A stretch of 64,000 nt of DNA from an uncultured Gemmatimonadaceae bacterium (GCA_963843845.1 CAWJMB010000002.1:1312001-1376000), one strand, 5' to 3'; counted from the first letter of the stretch, positions 39,896 through 52,971 are shown. Numbers and translations: made by a program. Notes: generated from the sequence alone by a model not told the origin.

Positions 39896-41089
39896 TTAGG
39901 CAGCTTCGAGTAGCGCGCCCTTGATGTAGCCGGTCTCCGGGATCGTCAACACCTCCGGATGGTCACTCGGCTGCGCGCGCAGTTCGCGCAGCACGATCTG
40001 CCGACCGCTGTCCGCCGCCGCAGCTTCGAGCATCTCGAGAAAGAGCGGCTTCGTGAGATGGTAGCTGCAGCTCGCGGTGAACAGGCGCCCGCCCGGCGCG
40101 AGCATGCGCATCGCTCGCAGGTTGATCTCCTTGTAGCCGCGCAGCGCCGTCGGCAGCGCGGCGCGGGTCTTCGCGAACGCCGGCGGGTCGAGGACGATCG
40201 TGTCGTACGTCGCGCCCGCGCGCTCCTCGTCGCGCAGAAAGTCGAACGCGTTCGCCTCTCGCGTCTCGAGGTGCGCGAACCCGTTGAGCGCTCCATTGAG
40301 CCGGGCGCGCTCGAGCGCGGCGGCCGACGTGTCGAGTGCGGTGACGTGCGTCGCGTGGCGTGCGAGGTGTAGCGCGAACGATCCGTGGTAGCTGAAGCAA
40401 TCGAGCGCGCGCCCGCGCGCCACGCGGCCGACGAGCGCACGGTTCTCGCGCTGATCGAGGAATGCCCCCGTCTTCTGTCCGGTCCACGGTGCCGCCACGT
40501 AGCGTACGCCGTGCTCGTGCACCTCGATCTCGCGCGGCACGTCCCCGGCGAGCAGGACCGTCTCGCGCGCGAGCCCTTCCTTGATGCGGAGCGCGGCGTC
40601 GTTGCGGGCGAGGATCCCCTCGCACCCCGTGGCGTCGCGCAACGTGTCGACGATGACGTCGCGGAAGACGTCGAGCCCGGCACTCATGAGCTGCACGACG
40701 AGCCAGCGGTCGTAGCGATCACAGACGAGGGAGGGGAGGGCGTCGCCTTCGCCGTGGATCAGCCGGAAAGCGTTCGTCTCGTCAGCGAGCCGTGCATCGC
40801 GCCGGCGGGCGAGCGCCACGTCGATCCGGTGTCGCCACCACTCGGCGTCGAGCTGTCGGTGCGGTGTGCGATCGACGAGGCGGAGGGAGATTTCCGACGC
40901 CGGGCTCCAGAGCGCGGTGCCGAGCAGCCGCCCTCGCGGATCGGCGACGGTGACGGCGCCTGCGGCGACGGTCGGCCGGTCGATGACGTCGCTTCGGTAG
41001 ATCCAGGGGTGGCCATTCGTCCATCGTTGCGCGCCGCGAGCGGAGACGGTGGCGATGGCGAGTCCGACAGCAGGCGGTATCGTGGGCAT
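39896..41089 (-). CDS. RlmI-family class I SAM-dependent rRNA methyltransferase
   Basis: PUA-like GHPWIYRSD, RLIHGEGD.LP, GQKTGAFLDQRENR, LDCFSYHGSF, LDPPAF, TASCS. Confidence 0.9.
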   Translation of the reverse strand: MPTIPPAVGLAIATVSARGAQRWTNGHPWIYRSDVIDRPTVAAGAVTVADPRGRLLGTALWSPASEISLRLVDRTPHRQLDAEWWRHRIDVALARRRDARLADETNAFRLIHGEGDALPSLVCDRYDRWLVVQLMSAGLDVFRDVIVDTLRDATGCEGILARNDAALRIKEGLARETVLLAGDVPREIEVHEHGVRYVAAPWTGQKTGAFLDQRENRALVGRVARGRALDCFSYHGSFALHLARHATHVTALDTSAAALERARLNGALNGFAHLETREANAFDFLRDEERAGATYDTIVLDPPAFAKTRAALPTALRGYKEINLRAMRMLAPGGRLFTASCSYHLTKPLFLEMLEAAAADSGRQIVLRELRAQPSDHPEVLTIPETGYIKGALLEAA

Positions 41090-41116
41090 CGCCAAATCTG
41101 GCGACTCGTCGCGTGA

Positions 41117-41145
41117 TTGACAGGAGTGAGTTTTCTGCGTACTAT
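41117..41145 (+). promoter_or_regulatory. rRNA promoter P1
   Basis: TTGACA-17nt-TACTAT. Confidence 0.85.
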
Positions 41146-41202
41146 GCGGACCCTCTTCTGGGGTGCGCGAGTTCTTCCAGGAGAACGGGGTGACGTCGCA
41201 AG

Positions 41203-41231
41203 TTGACTTCTCGCTTGCCGTTAGCTAATAT
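41203..41231 (+). promoter_or_regulatory. rRNA promoter P2
   Basis: TTGACT-17nt-TAATAT. Confidence 0.75.
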
Positions 41232-41265
41232 CCAAAGCTACCCGCGACGCGGTCACGCGCTGCGG

Positions 41266-41277
41266 TGTTGATTGACA
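41266..41277 (+). promoter_or_regulatory. boxA-like antitermination element
   Basis: TGTTGATTGACA shortly after P2; partial match to TGCTCTTTAACA. Confidence 0.45.
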
Positions 41278-41474
41278 AGTGAAGGAATCGAGGAGCGATC
41301 GGTTGTGGCGACGTGAGTCGCCGTGATTGATCGCGTGGGAAGCGAATTCTCATCGAACGAGGCGGCGTCGACGTGAGTCGATGTCGATCGTCGAACGACG
41401 AGAAGGAGATTGCAGAATCTCACATGCGGATCGCTGCGAAGCGTTCCGCGCGCGTGCAATGCTTGACGGTTTTT

Positions 41475-44447
<2,973 letters not shown>

Positions 44448-44561
44448 TCCCAAATACCACTGCATTGCACGTGAACGTTCGCACGTCCGGTCGCATCAGC
44501 GGCCGGACATTCTCACACTCCTCGATTCCTTCTCTCGTTCCTTAGAGCAGCACGACATATC

Positions 44562-44677
44562 GCTGGCGACTAGAGCGCAGGGGCCACACCCGTTCCCATC
44601 CCGAACACGGCCGTTAAGCCCTGCAGCGCCGATGGTACTCCGCCCGAGAGGGCGCGGGAGAGTAGGCCGTCGCCGGC
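44562..44677 (+). rRNA. rrf: 5S ribosomal RNA
   Basis: cacccgttcccatcccgaacacgg, gccgatggtact, gagagtagg; terminal helix gctggcgac/gtcgccggc. Confidence 0.98.
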
Positions 44678-44684
44678 ACCCCTC

Positions 44685-44725
44685 ACGAGCGGGTCATCCT
44701 TCATTTGGATGGCCCGCTCGTTTGT
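44685..44725 (+). terminator. rRNA operon terminator
   Basis: acgagcgggtcatcc...ggatggcccgctcgt followed by ttgt. Confidence 0.8.
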
Positions 44726-44765
44726 CGTTGCAGGTCGACGCACGCTCCTTGCCCTAGTGGTGGAC

Positions 44766-45560
44766 GTGCCCTCTCTCCTACTGCCTTTCGCGGGCGCCGT
44801 ATCCGGCGCCGCCATCGCCGTCCAACGCCACCGCCGACTCCGCGGTGAACGCCTGGCGGCCGCTACGTTCGAGACGCTGCTCAACGCGATCGACGCCAAC
44901 GACGCCCTCACCGGCGCCCACGTGCGTCGCGTCGCCGCGTACGCCCTGGTTCTGGCCGATGCGATCGAACTGCCCACCCACGTGCGACGCGACGTCGAAC
45001 GCGTCGCACTATTTCACGACATCGGGAAACTGCACGAAGCACTGTTCGACATCATCCACGACGACGAGGACTTGACGCCGGCCGCCCGGCGGGAAATCGC
45101 GACGCACCCCCAGAAGGGCGCCGACGTGCTCGCGCCGCTCGCCGCGTTCTACCCGGAACTTCCTGAGGGCGTGCTCGCGCATCACGAGCGATGGGACGGC
45201 CGTGGCTACCCGCGAAAGCTTCGTGGCGAGAAGATTCCGATCACGAGTCGCGTCGTCGCGATCGTAGACACGTTCGATGCGATCACGGCGTCCCGTCGCT
45301 ATCACAAAGGGGAGAACGTAAAGCGAGCGCTCGACGTGATTCGCGACGGTCGCGGCGCGCAGTTCGACCCAACGCTCGTCGATGTCTTTCTCGAACCCGA
45401 GGTGCAGCGCTGTATCGCCGCAGTCACCAAGGCCAAGATCAAGCCACCGCGACGTCACAATCGTCGCCACTCAACGGAGCGCGGGGCGCCGGACGTGAGC
45501 TTTCGCTGGCGTGAGCGCGTGGCTCCCAGAGAGGCCGCGCGGACCGACGGCGCCGCCTAA
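44766..45560 (+). CDS. HD-GYP domain phosphodiesterase with N-terminal hydrophobic anchor (start approximate)
   Basis: TGAHVRRV, FHDIGK, HPQKG, HHERWDGRGYP, VDTFDAIT, QFDP. Confidence 0.9.
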   Translation: MPSLLLPFAGAVSGAAIAVQRHRRLRGERLAAATFETLLNAIDANDALTGAHVRRVAAYALVLADAIELPTHVRRDVERVALFHDIGKLHEALFDIIHDDEDLTPAARREIATHPQKGADVLAPLAAFYPELPEGVLAHHERWDGRGYPRKLRGEKIPITSRVVAIVDTFDAITASRRYHKGENVKRALDVIRDGRGAQFDPTLVDVFLEPEVQRCIAAVTKAKIKPPRRHNRRHSTERGAPDVSFRWRERVAPREAARTDGAA

Positions 45561-45576
45561 CGCCGCGTCGGCGACC

Positions 45577-46590
45577 CTAACGCCGTCCGATGGAGTCGCG
45601 CGCCCGCCGCGCCGCACGCACGGCGGCCTCGTGCTCGGCGAACGTCGTTCTGAACTCGTGATGGCCGTCCGGATGCGCGACGAAGTACAGGTGCGGCACG
45701 TTAGCCGGGCGTACGGCCGCCTCGAGGCTCGGTATACCCGGCGATCCGATCGGACCAGGGGGAAGGCCGGCGACGCGATACGTGTTGTACGGTGAGTCGA
45801 TCTCTAGATCCTTGTAGAGCACGCGCGCCACGTGTCGGCCGAGCGAGTACTGCACGGTCGGATCGGCCTGCAGTCGCATCCCTCGCCGTAGCCGGTTGTA
45901 GTACACGGCGGCGATGATCGGACGCTCTTCCGGCTTACGTGCCTCGCGCTCGACAATCGACGCGAGGGTCACGGCCTGGTGACGGGAGAGCGACAGCCTC
46001 TCGAGATCGGCGTTCCATGCTGGCTGCCACGCGAGCTCGAAGCGTTCGATCATCGCCCGAATCGCCTGGCGTGCGGTCGTGCCGAGGTTGAACGTGTACG
46101 TCGCGGGAAAGAGGTATCCCTCGAGGGAGCTGCTCGGGATGGAGAGCCGATTCAGCAGCGCGGTGTCGCGTGCGGCGGCGTCGACCGAGTCGAGCGGCAC
46201 TTCGAGCACGCGCGCGAGCTGCGCCGCGATCTGCCTCAGCTCCCATCCTTCGACGACCGTGATCACGCGCACGAGTCCACGCCCCGAGACGAGCGCGTCG
46301 ACGACCTCGTCGTAGGCGGCGCTCGGCGCGAACTGATAGATCCCCGGTTTGATCGCGCGATCGTTGCCAGTGAGCTTCGCGTATAACCGAAAGAGGAGCG
46401 GCGAGCGAATGACGCCCTGCGCCCCGAGCGAGTCTGCGGCGACTCGGAACGATGCGCCGCGTGGAATGGTCACACGGCCGGTTCCGCTTCCCGGACGGGT
46501 GAGGACAGCGATCGCGCCGATCGCGATCAGCGTGACGACCGCGGCGACCGCGAGCGCGCGTCGCATGCTGCGGCGTCGCTTAGTCGGCAT
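45577..46590 (-). CDS. mltG: Endolytic transglycosylase MltG
   Basis: N-terminal TM, LEGYLFPATY, LASIVEREA, LQADPTV, SPYNTY..GLPPGPI. Confidence 0.95.
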   Translation of the reverse strand: MPTKRRRSMRRALAVAAVVTLIAIGAIAVLTRPGSGTGRVTIPRGASFRVAADSLGAQGVIRSPLLFRLYAKLTGNDRAIKPGIYQFAPSAAYDEVVDALVSGRGLVRVITVVEGWELRQIAAQLARVLEVPLDSVDAAARDTALLNRLSIPSSSLEGYLFPATYTFNLGTTARQAIRAMIERFELAWQPAWNADLERLSLSRHQAVTLASIVEREARKPEERPIIAAVYYNRLRRGMRLQADPTVQYSLGRHVARVLYKDLEIDSPYNTYRVAGLPPGPIGSPGIPSLEAAVRPANVPHLYFVAHPDGHHEFRTTFAEHEAAVRAARRARDSIGRR

Positions 46591-47029
46591 CCGGGAGTGA
46601 CAGGGCGTGCTGCAGCAGTACGGTCGCTGCCACCGCGTCCACGTCTCCCTTGCGGCCCCGCGTCGTTCCACCGAGTGCCTGAATCGCGCGCAACGCGGCG
46701 GCGGTCGTGAACCGCTCGTCGACGAGGCGCGCCGGCAGACCGGTGCGCTTCGTCAGCTGCGTCGCGATGGTGCGCGCCTCGAGAGAGCGCGGCGTGTCGT
46801 CGCCGTTGCCGTCGAGCGGAAGCCCGACGACGAAGCCACGCGCCTCGAGGGCCTCGGCACGCCGAATCACCTCGGCGATCGGGATGCGCTTGCCGGCACG
46901 GCGGACGATGAACCCGACGGGTGAGGCGATCATGCCGGTCGGGTCGCTGATCGCGAGCCCGATGCGTTTCTCGCCGTGGTCGACCGCGAGCAGCCGTCCA
47001 CGCGGCGCACGCTCCGACGTCGCCGTCAC
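46580..47029 (-). CDS. ruvX: Holliday junction resolvase-like RuvX/YqgF
   Basis: [39 protein letters not shown]. Confidence 0.93.
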   Translation of the reverse strand: MTATSERAPRGRLLAVDHGEKRIGLAISDPTGMIASPVGFIVRRAGKRIPIAEVIRRAEALEARGFVVGLPLDGNGDDTPRSLEARTIATQLTKRTGLPARLVDERFTTAAALRAIQALGGTTRGRKGDVDAVAATVLLQHALSLPDAD

Positions 47030-48375
47030 TCCGCCATCGAGGCGAACAGCTCGCGGTTGCTTCGTGCGCGTCCCATTCGCGTGAGCAGGAAATTCATCGC
47101 ATCCTCGGACGACATGCCACCGAGAAAGTTGCGAAGGAGGTAGACGCGGTTCGTCTCGTCTTTGTCGAACAGCAACTCTTCGCGCCGCGTCCCCGACTTG
47201 TGCACGTCGACCGCGGGGAAGATGCGCCGCTCCGCGATCTTGCGGTCGAGCACGAGCTCCATGTTCCCGGTGCCCTTGAACTCCTCGAAGATGACTTCGT
47301 CGGCGCGCGACCCGGTCTCGACGAGCGCCGTCGCGACGATCGTCAGCGAGCCCCCGCCGTCGATGTTGCGCGCCGAGCCGAAGAAGCGCTTGGGCTTCTC
47401 GAGCGCCTTCGCATCGATGCCGCCGGAGAGCACCTTTCCGGAATGCGGCACGATCGTATTGTACGCGCGTGCGAGCCGTGTGATGGAGTCGAGGAGGATC
47501 ACGACGTCGCGCCCCGATTCCACGAGGCGCTTGGCCTTCTCGAGCACCATCTCCGCGACCTGCACGTGGCGGTCGGCTGGCTCGTCGAACGTGGAGCTGA
47601 TGACCTCCGCGCCTCGCACGTGCGCCTGCATGTCGGTGACTTCTTCCGGGCGCTCGTCGATGAGCAGAATGATGAGCGAGACGTCGGGCTGGTTCTCCAC
47701 GATCGCGTTCGCGAGCTGCTGCAAGAGTATCGTCTTTCCCGCACGCGGCGGCGCGACGATCAGCCCGCGCTGCCCCTTGCCCAACGGAGCGATGATGTCC
47801 CAGATGCGCATGCTGACCTCGCCGTTCGCCGGCTCGAGGCGGATGCGCTCATCAGGGTAGCGCGGCTTCAGGTTGTCGAACGCGACACGCTGCTTCGCCT
47901 TCTCCGGCTCGTTGCCGTTCACGCGCTCGACTTTCAGCAGCGCGAGATATTTCTCCCACTCTTTCGGCGGACGCACCTGGCCGACTACCGAGTCGCCCGT
48001 CCGGAGATCGAAGCGCTTGATCTGCGACGGAGAGACGTAGATGTCGTCCGGGCTGTAGAGATAGCTCCAGTCCTGGCTGCGCAGAAAGCCGTAGCCTTCC
48101 GGCAGCACCTCGAGCACCCCGTCGCCGCGCAGCAGCACGTCCGAGTCGAGCAGTCCCTGCTCGATGCGGAAGATGAGCTCCTGCTTTCGCAGCCCAGAGT
48201 GATTCGAGATGCTCAGCGAGTCGGCGAGCGCATGCAGCTCGGGGAGCGACTTGCGCTTCAGCTCGACGATGTCGACGAGAGGGGGCTCGGCCCCCGGAGA
48301 GACTTCACCGGGCACGGTCGGAACGGCGGAGGAGGGAGGACGACGTGCGGAGCGATGAGGCGATGGCTCGCGCAC
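47026..48375 (-). CDS. rho: Transcription termination factor Rho (start uncertain)
   Basis: [64 protein letters not shown]. Confidence 0.97.
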   Translation of the reverse strand: MREPSPHRSARRPPSSAVPTVPGEVSPGAEPPLVDIVELKRKSLPELHALADSLSISNHSGLRKQELIFRIEQGLLDSDVLLRGDGVLEVLPEGYGFLRSQDWSYLYSPDDIYVSPSQIKRFDLRTGDSVVGQVRPPKEWEKYLALLKVERVNGNEPEKAKQRVAFDNLKPRYPDERIRLEPANGEVSMRIWDIIAPLGKGQRGLIVAPPRAGKTILLQQLANAIVENQPDVSLIILLIDERPEEVTDMQAHVRGAEVISSTFDEPADRHVQVAEMVLEKAKRLVESGRDVVILLDSITRLARAYNTIVPHSGKVLSGGIDAKALEKPKRFFGSARNIDGGGSLTIVATALVETGSRADEVIFEEFKGTGNMELVLDRKIAERRIFPAVDVHKSGTRREELLFDKDETNRVYLLRNFLGGMSSEDAMNFLLTRMGRARSNRELFASMAE

Positions 48376-48497
48376 CCGACCTGACGGGGGGTCGCCAGCG
48401 CGTCGAGGCGCGGCGCCGATCCCGGGACGACACGACGCTCAGGCGGCCGCCGCTGTCTGGAAGGGGATGCGAAAGTAAGTGCCGCTCGGAGAAGCGG

Positions 48498-49472
48498 TCA
48501 AGGAAACGGAAGGTAGCGCAGCGGGTTGCGCGCGAGATCGGTGAACAACCGATCCATCGCGGCGCGACTGCGCGCAATCTCGTAGACGATGGCCGAATCT
48601 CGTTGCAAACGGCCGGCCGTGCCGCGCGAACTCGCGAGGAGTTCCGCGGCAACGCCCAACTCCGTGCGCACTGACTGCACGTTGCGGAGCAGAGTCGAGT
48701 CGCGCCGGAAGCGTCCGATCGAGGTGTTCGGATCGGCGCCGCCGAGGAGCGCGAAGATCGAGTCCGCACGCGCTCTCGCCTGCTGCACGTAGGCCAGCGC
48801 GCCGCCGACTTCTCCGCGACGTCCCGGCCGGGCCGCGAGTCGCGACTGCAGCGTGCCGATCGACGCCATCGTCTGGGTCACGCCGGCGCGTGTCGCGTCG
48901 AGCCGTGCCCCACCGTTCAGTCCGAGTGCGCCAAGCGTGCTGTTCGCAGCGCGTAGTTGCGTCGAGAGCACTTCGAAGTTCGCGAGGATCGCCGGCAGCT
49001 CGCTCGACGCGGCGCGCATGTCGAGCCGCACGCGCTCGATGTCCTGACCAGCGGACGAGTGGAGTGTGTCCTGGTCAACGATGCGCGCCGCGCTGGGCGA
49101 GCCGATGCCGATGGCGACGACAGGAGCGCCGACGAGATTCCCGCCGGGCCGGATCTGCACAGACGCGTCGCGCCGAATGAAGTCCTGATACTTCGCCTGG
49201 ACTTTGACCGCGACGAGGACGCGCTCGGTGGTGTCGGCGGTCGGCGGGAGAAAGCGAACGTCTTCGACGACGCCGATCCGATCGCCGCCGAGCCAGACGT
49301 CGGAGCCGGCACTGAGGTCCCGTGCCTGCTGCACGGTCGCATAGAAGCGCAGCGGGGTCCCGTGCACGTCGCCGACACGCGCAAAGAGCAGCACGGCCGT
49401 GGCCGCCGCCGCGAGTGCGGCGAGCGCGAGCAGGCCAGGAGCGAGGTCGCGCCAGCGTTGAGTTCGGGACAC
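48498..49472 (-). CDS. MlaD/MCE family protein
   Basis: N-terminal TM; LSAGSDVWLGGDRIGVV, IRRDASVQI; helical tail ending DLARNPLRY. Confidence 0.8.
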   Translation of the reverse strand: MSRTQRWRDLAPGLLALAALAAAATAVLLFARVGDVHGTPLRFYATVQQARDLSAGSDVWLGGDRIGVVEDVRFLPPTADTTERVLVAVKVQAKYQDFIRRDASVQIRPGGNLVGAPVVAIGIGSPSAARIVDQDTLHSSAGQDIERVRLDMRAASSELPAILANFEVLSTQLRAANSTLGALGLNGGARLDATRAGVTQTMASIGTLQSRLAARPGRRGEVGGALAYVQQARARADSIFALLGGADPNTSIGRFRRDSTLLRNVQSVRTELGVAAELLASSRGTAGRLQRDSAIVYEIARSRAAMDRLFTDLARNPLRYLPFP

Positions 49473-49542
49473 AGGGCGCCAGATGGCAAGGCGCGGACCA
49501 CCAAACGAGCAGGGGACTGCCGGTTGGCAGCCCCCACGACAG

Positions 49543-49616
49543 CGCGCGTGATAGGATTCGAACCTATGACCTTCGGCTCCGGAGGCCGACGCTCTATCCA
49601 ACTGAGCTACACGCGC
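49543..49616 (-). tRNA. tRNA-Arg(CCG)
   Basis: Cloverleaf gcgcgtgtagctcagttggatagagcg-tcggc ctCCGga gccga-...ggttcgaatcc. Confidence 0.96.
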
Positions 49617-49687
49617 AGATCGTTCGCGAACGAGTCCGAAAGTTACAAACGCGAAACGGGCTCAGGTGAGCCCGTTCGCGGTGGTAG

Positions 49688-49761
49688 TCGGGGCGACTGG
49701 ATTTGAACCAGCGACCTCCTGCTCCCGAAGCAGGCGCTCTACCGGGCTAAGCTACGCCCCG
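49688..49761 (-). tRNA. tRNA-Pro(CGG)
   Basis: cggggcgtagcttagcccggtagagcg-cctgc ttCGGga gcagg-...ggttcaaatcc. Confidence 0.96.
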
Positions 49762-49809
49762 ATTCTGTCGATGGAACTTCATGCGGTGAGTCCGGCGACT
49801 CACCAGTAA

Positions 49810-49883
49810 CGCGCCCAGAAGGACTCGAACCTCCAACCTTCTGATCCGTAGTCAGATGCTCTATCCAATTGAGCTATGGGCGC
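49810..49883 (-). tRNA. tRNA-Arg(ACG)
   Basis: gcgcccatagctcaattggatagagca-tctga ctACGga tcaga-...ggttcgagtcc. Confidence 0.96.
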
Positions 49884-49898
49884 CTGACGGAGTCCGAA

Positions 49899-49927
49899 AA
49901 AATATCCGCTCTGTCGGGGAAAGGCAA
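49899..49927 (-). promoter_or_regulatory. Putative internal promoter for the Arg-Pro-Arg tRNAs
   Basis: TTGCCT-17nt-TATTTT on the minus strand, directly after the hairpin at 49928-49955. Confidence 0.5.
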
Positions 49928-49956
49928 CTGCCCCGCGAGGCGTCTCGCGGGGCAGA

Positions 49957-50030
49957 TGGGCGGTACAAGACTCGAACTTGTGACCTCCACGATGTCAACG
50001 TGGCGCTCTAACCAACTGAGCTAACCGCCC
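49957..50030 (-). tRNA. tRNA-Val(GAC)
   Basis: gggcggttagctcagttggttagagcg-ccacg ttGACat cgtgg-...agttcgagtct. Confidence 0.96.
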
Positions 50031-50045
50031 GGTATGTCAATTTGA

Positions 50046-50118
50046 AGCGGGAAACGGGACTCGAACCCGCGACCCCAACCTTGGCAAGGTTGTGCTCTAC
50101 CAACTGAGCTATTCCCGC
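50046..50118 (-). tRNA. tRNA-Gly(GCC)
   Basis: gcgggaatagctcagttggtagagca-caacc ttGCCaa ggttg-...ggttcgagtcc. Confidence 0.97.
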
Positions 50119-50140
50119 ACACTGCACGCGAAGCCGGACA

Positions 50141-50213
<73 letters not shown>

Positions 50214-50276
50214 GGCTCGCCGAGGACGCGAAGGGAGAACCACAAGGGGTTCCCACGCGCCGCTCAGGAACCCGAA

Positions 50277-50305
50277 AGTCTATCCGGGGGTAGCTGACAT
50301 GTCAA
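50277..50305 (-). promoter_or_regulatory. Sigma-70 promoter of the tRNA cluster
   Basis: TTGACA-17nt-TAGACT on the minus strand. Confidence 0.75.
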
Positions 50306-50555
50306 GCAACGCGGGGCTGGCGCTCCGACCGCAGGCCGGTATTTTGCACCGCGCCGCTCCGGGCGGTGTCGTTCAGCACGATGCACCGATGACGCGTACT
50401 TTCATCGCGACGCCCACCGTCCGCGCAGCCTGCGCGCGAAGGCGTCGGCGGTGCGAGCTACGCGTCGTCGTCCGTTGCTGTCGGTACGCTGCTCTCGACA
50501 TACCGCTGCATTCGTCATACTCCGACACGTCCGCCGTGTCTCACCGATACACTCG

Positions 50556-51443
50556 ATGACCGACGTCAAACGGAAGCGCCGCCGCGCTGCACCCGCCGGG
50601 ATCGCTCCCAGCGAGCCGGAGCGCGACATCCTCGATCAATATCTCTACGAGGTCAGCACCTACCCGCTGCTCAAGGGCGACGAGGAGCTCGGGCTCGCCC
50701 GGAAGATCCGCGCTGGGGACCAGGACGCGCTGCAGGAATTGGTGAAGCGGAACCTTCGCTTCGTCATCTCGGTCGCGAAGAAGTATCAGAATCGCGGGCT
50801 GCCGCTCATCGACCTGATCGGGGAGGGGAACGTCGGCCTGCTCACGGCCGCGCGGAAGTTCGATCCAGACCAGGGCGTCAAGTTCATCTCGTACGCGGTC
50901 TGGTGGATCCGTCAGGCGATCCTCAGCTCGCTCGCGCGGCAGGGGCGCACGGTGCGCGTGCCGCTCAACCGCACGGCCGATCTGTCGCGCATCATCAAGG
51001 CGAGCGAGATCCTGCGTCAGAAGCTGCGCCGCGAGCCGAGCCCGGAAGAGCTGGCGCAGCTGACGGGCCTGTCGGTCGACGTCGTGCAGTCGCTCGCCGC
51101 GCTCAACACGGGCGACGTGCGCCTCGACGCGCCGATGGACCCGGAAGGCGACCGGTCGCTCATCGAGCGGTTCGTGGCCGACGAGATGCCGGACACGGAA
51201 GAAGAGGCGATGAACCGCTTCCTCACCGACGAGATCGAGGCGGCGCTCAACACGCTTCCGCCGCGTGACGCGAAGGTGCTGCGCCTGTACTTCGGACTCG
51301 AGGGTGGACGCGAGCACACGCTCGAAGAGATCGGCTCGATGCTCGGCGTCACGCGCGAGCGGGTGCGTCAGCTGCGGGACCGGGCACTCAAGCGGTTGCG
51401 CGAAGGGGACGTCGGGCGCGCGCTCGGCAGCTTCGCGGCGTGA
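50556..51443 (+). CDS. RNA polymerase sigma-70 factor, RpoD/SigA family, short form without region 1.1
   Basis: LDQYLYEV, NLRFVISVAKKY, DLIGEGNVGL, KFISYAVWWIRQAI, TLEEIG..LGVTRERVRQ. Confidence 0.95.
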   Translation: MTDVKRKRRRAAPAGIAPSEPERDILDQYLYEVSTYPLLKGDEELGLARKIRAGDQDALQELVKRNLRFVISVAKKYQNRGLPLIDLIGEGNVGLLTAARKFDPDQGVKFISYAVWWIRQAILSSLARQGRTVRVPLNRTADLSRIIKASEILRQKLRREPSPEELAQLTGLSVDVVQSLAALNTGDVRLDAPMDPEGDRSLIERFVADEMPDTEEEAMNRFLTDEIEAALNTLPPRDAKVLRLYFGLEGGREHTLEEIGSMLGVTRERVRQLRDRALKRLREGDVGRALGSFAA

Positions 51444-51580
51444 GCGCGTAGCACCACACGCGACGGCGTCTCCGGCACGGCTAGATTATCGCAGGAGCGA
51501 GGGCGGGCCCGACCGGGTTCGCCCTCTTTCCGTGGCCCTGACGGCCGACTTGATTCACGAGGCCGCCCTTCGCGCAACGG

Positions 51581-52426
51581 ATGATCCAGCTCAAGAACGT
51601 TTCCAAGGCTTTCGGGCCGAAGAAGGTGTTGCAGGGGTTCACGCTCGACGTGCCCGACGGGGAGACGATGGTCATCATCGGCTACTCCGGCACGGGGAAG
51701 AGCGTCGCCATCAAGCACATCGTCGGGCTGCTGGAGCCGGACTCCGGCGAGGTGTGGGTCGACGGGCAGCGCGTCGACACGATGCCGCGCCGCGAGCTGT
51801 ATGCGATGCGCTCGAAGATCGGGTACGTGTTCCAGTTCGCCGCGCTGTTCGACTCGTTGACGATCGGCGAGAACGTCGCGATGGGGCTGCGGAAGCAGGG
51901 CACGCTGAGCGACGACGAGATCCGCGGCCGAGTGGGCGAGGCGCTCGATCTGGTCGATCTTCCAGGAGTCGAGGCGCGTTTTCCGGCGGAGCTGTCGGGC
52001 GGCATGCGGAAGCGCGTCGGGATCGCGCGCGCGATTGCCTTGCGGCCGAAGTACATCCTGTACGACGAGCCGACGACCGGGCTCGACCCAGTCACGAGCG
52101 CGGTCATCGACCAGCTGATGGGCCGCATGCGTGAGAAGCTCGGCGTCACCGGCATCGTGATCACCCACGACATGCGGAGCGCGTACACGGTGGGGACGCG
52201 CATCGCGATGCTGTACCAGGGGCGCGTGCGGTGGGAAGGCACCGTCGACGAGATCCACGACACGACCGACCCGATCGTCCGGCAGTTCATCGAAGGGAAG
52301 CCGACGATCGAGAACGACGCCACAGGGGAGCACGCGATCGTCGCCGGGTACGCGCCTGGCGCGCGGACGTCGGTCGACGACGACGAGGACGACCTGCCGG
52401 CCGCCGCGCCCGCGCGTCGTGGGTGA
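51581..52426 (+). CDS. ABC ATP-binding protein, MlaF/Mkl family
   Basis: GYSGTGKS, FQFAALFDSLT, ELSGGMRKRVGIARA, LYDEPTTGLDP, ITHDM. Confidence 0.9.
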   Translation: MIQLKNVSKAFGPKKVLQGFTLDVPDGETMVIIGYSGTGKSVAIKHIVGLLEPDSGEVWVDGQRVDTMPRRELYAMRSKIGYVFQFAALFDSLTIGENVAMGLRKQGTLSDDEIRGRVGEALDLVDLPGVEARFPAELSGGMRKRVGIARAIALRPKYILYDEPTTGLDPVTSAVIDQLMGRMREKLGVTGIVITHDMRSAYTVGTRIAMLYQGRVRWEGTVDEIHDTTDPIVRQFIEGKPTIENDATGEHAIVAGYAPGARTSVDDDEDDLPAAAPARRG

Positions 52427-52916
52427 GCACGAGCCCGAGCGCGCGGGGATGCCGCGCGCTCGCGAAGAGATCTCCGCGGGCGGCGTCGTGTTCCGGCTCG
52501 TGCGTGACTCAGACGGGAGCGCACACCCGGTCTACTTGCTGATCCGCGACAGCTACCGGAATTGGGGCTTCCCGAAAGGCCATCTCGAGGACGGTGAAGG
52601 GCCCGAGTGCGCCGCGGTGCGCGAGGTCGGTGAGGAGACGGGGCTCTGCGTCGTGGCCGTCGAGGGGGTGATCGACACGATCGACTGGTACTTCCGCTTC
52701 CGTGGGCGGTTGATCCACAAGGTCTGCCACTTCTTCCTCATGCGGAGCGAGTCGTCGACGACCTGTCCCCAGCGCGACGAGGGAATCACGGCATGCCGCT
52801 GGGCACCGTTCGAGGAAGCGGTGACACTCGTGTCGTATGCGAACGCGCGGACGGTGCTGCAGCAGGCCGATCGGATGGTCCGCGCGCTTCCCGCACTATC
52901 GCCCCTCGACCGCTGA
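52419..52916 (+). CDS. NUDIX hydrolase (Ap4A hydrolase-like)
   Basis: [34 protein letters not shown] (Nudix box). Confidence 0.9.
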   Translation: MGEHEPERAGMPRAREEISAGGVVFRLVRDSDGSAHPVYLLIRDSYRNWGFPKGHLEDGEGPECAAVREVGEETGLCVVAVEGVIDTIDWYFRFRGRLIHKVCHFFLMRSESSTTCPQRDEGITACRWAPFEEAVTLVSYANARTVLQQADRMVRALPALSPLDR

Positions 52917-52951
52917 TGCGCCCGTCCGTCGCCGGTTGAATGGACGGGGCA

Positions 52952-52971
52952 CTTGTGATTATTTTCACAAG
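52952..52971. promoter_or_regulatory. Palindromic operator (Rex- or CRP-type) upstream of atpA
   Basis: CTTGTGA-TTATTT-TCACAAG, overlapping the -10 of a TTGAAT (52936-52941) promoter candidate. Confidence 0.7.
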
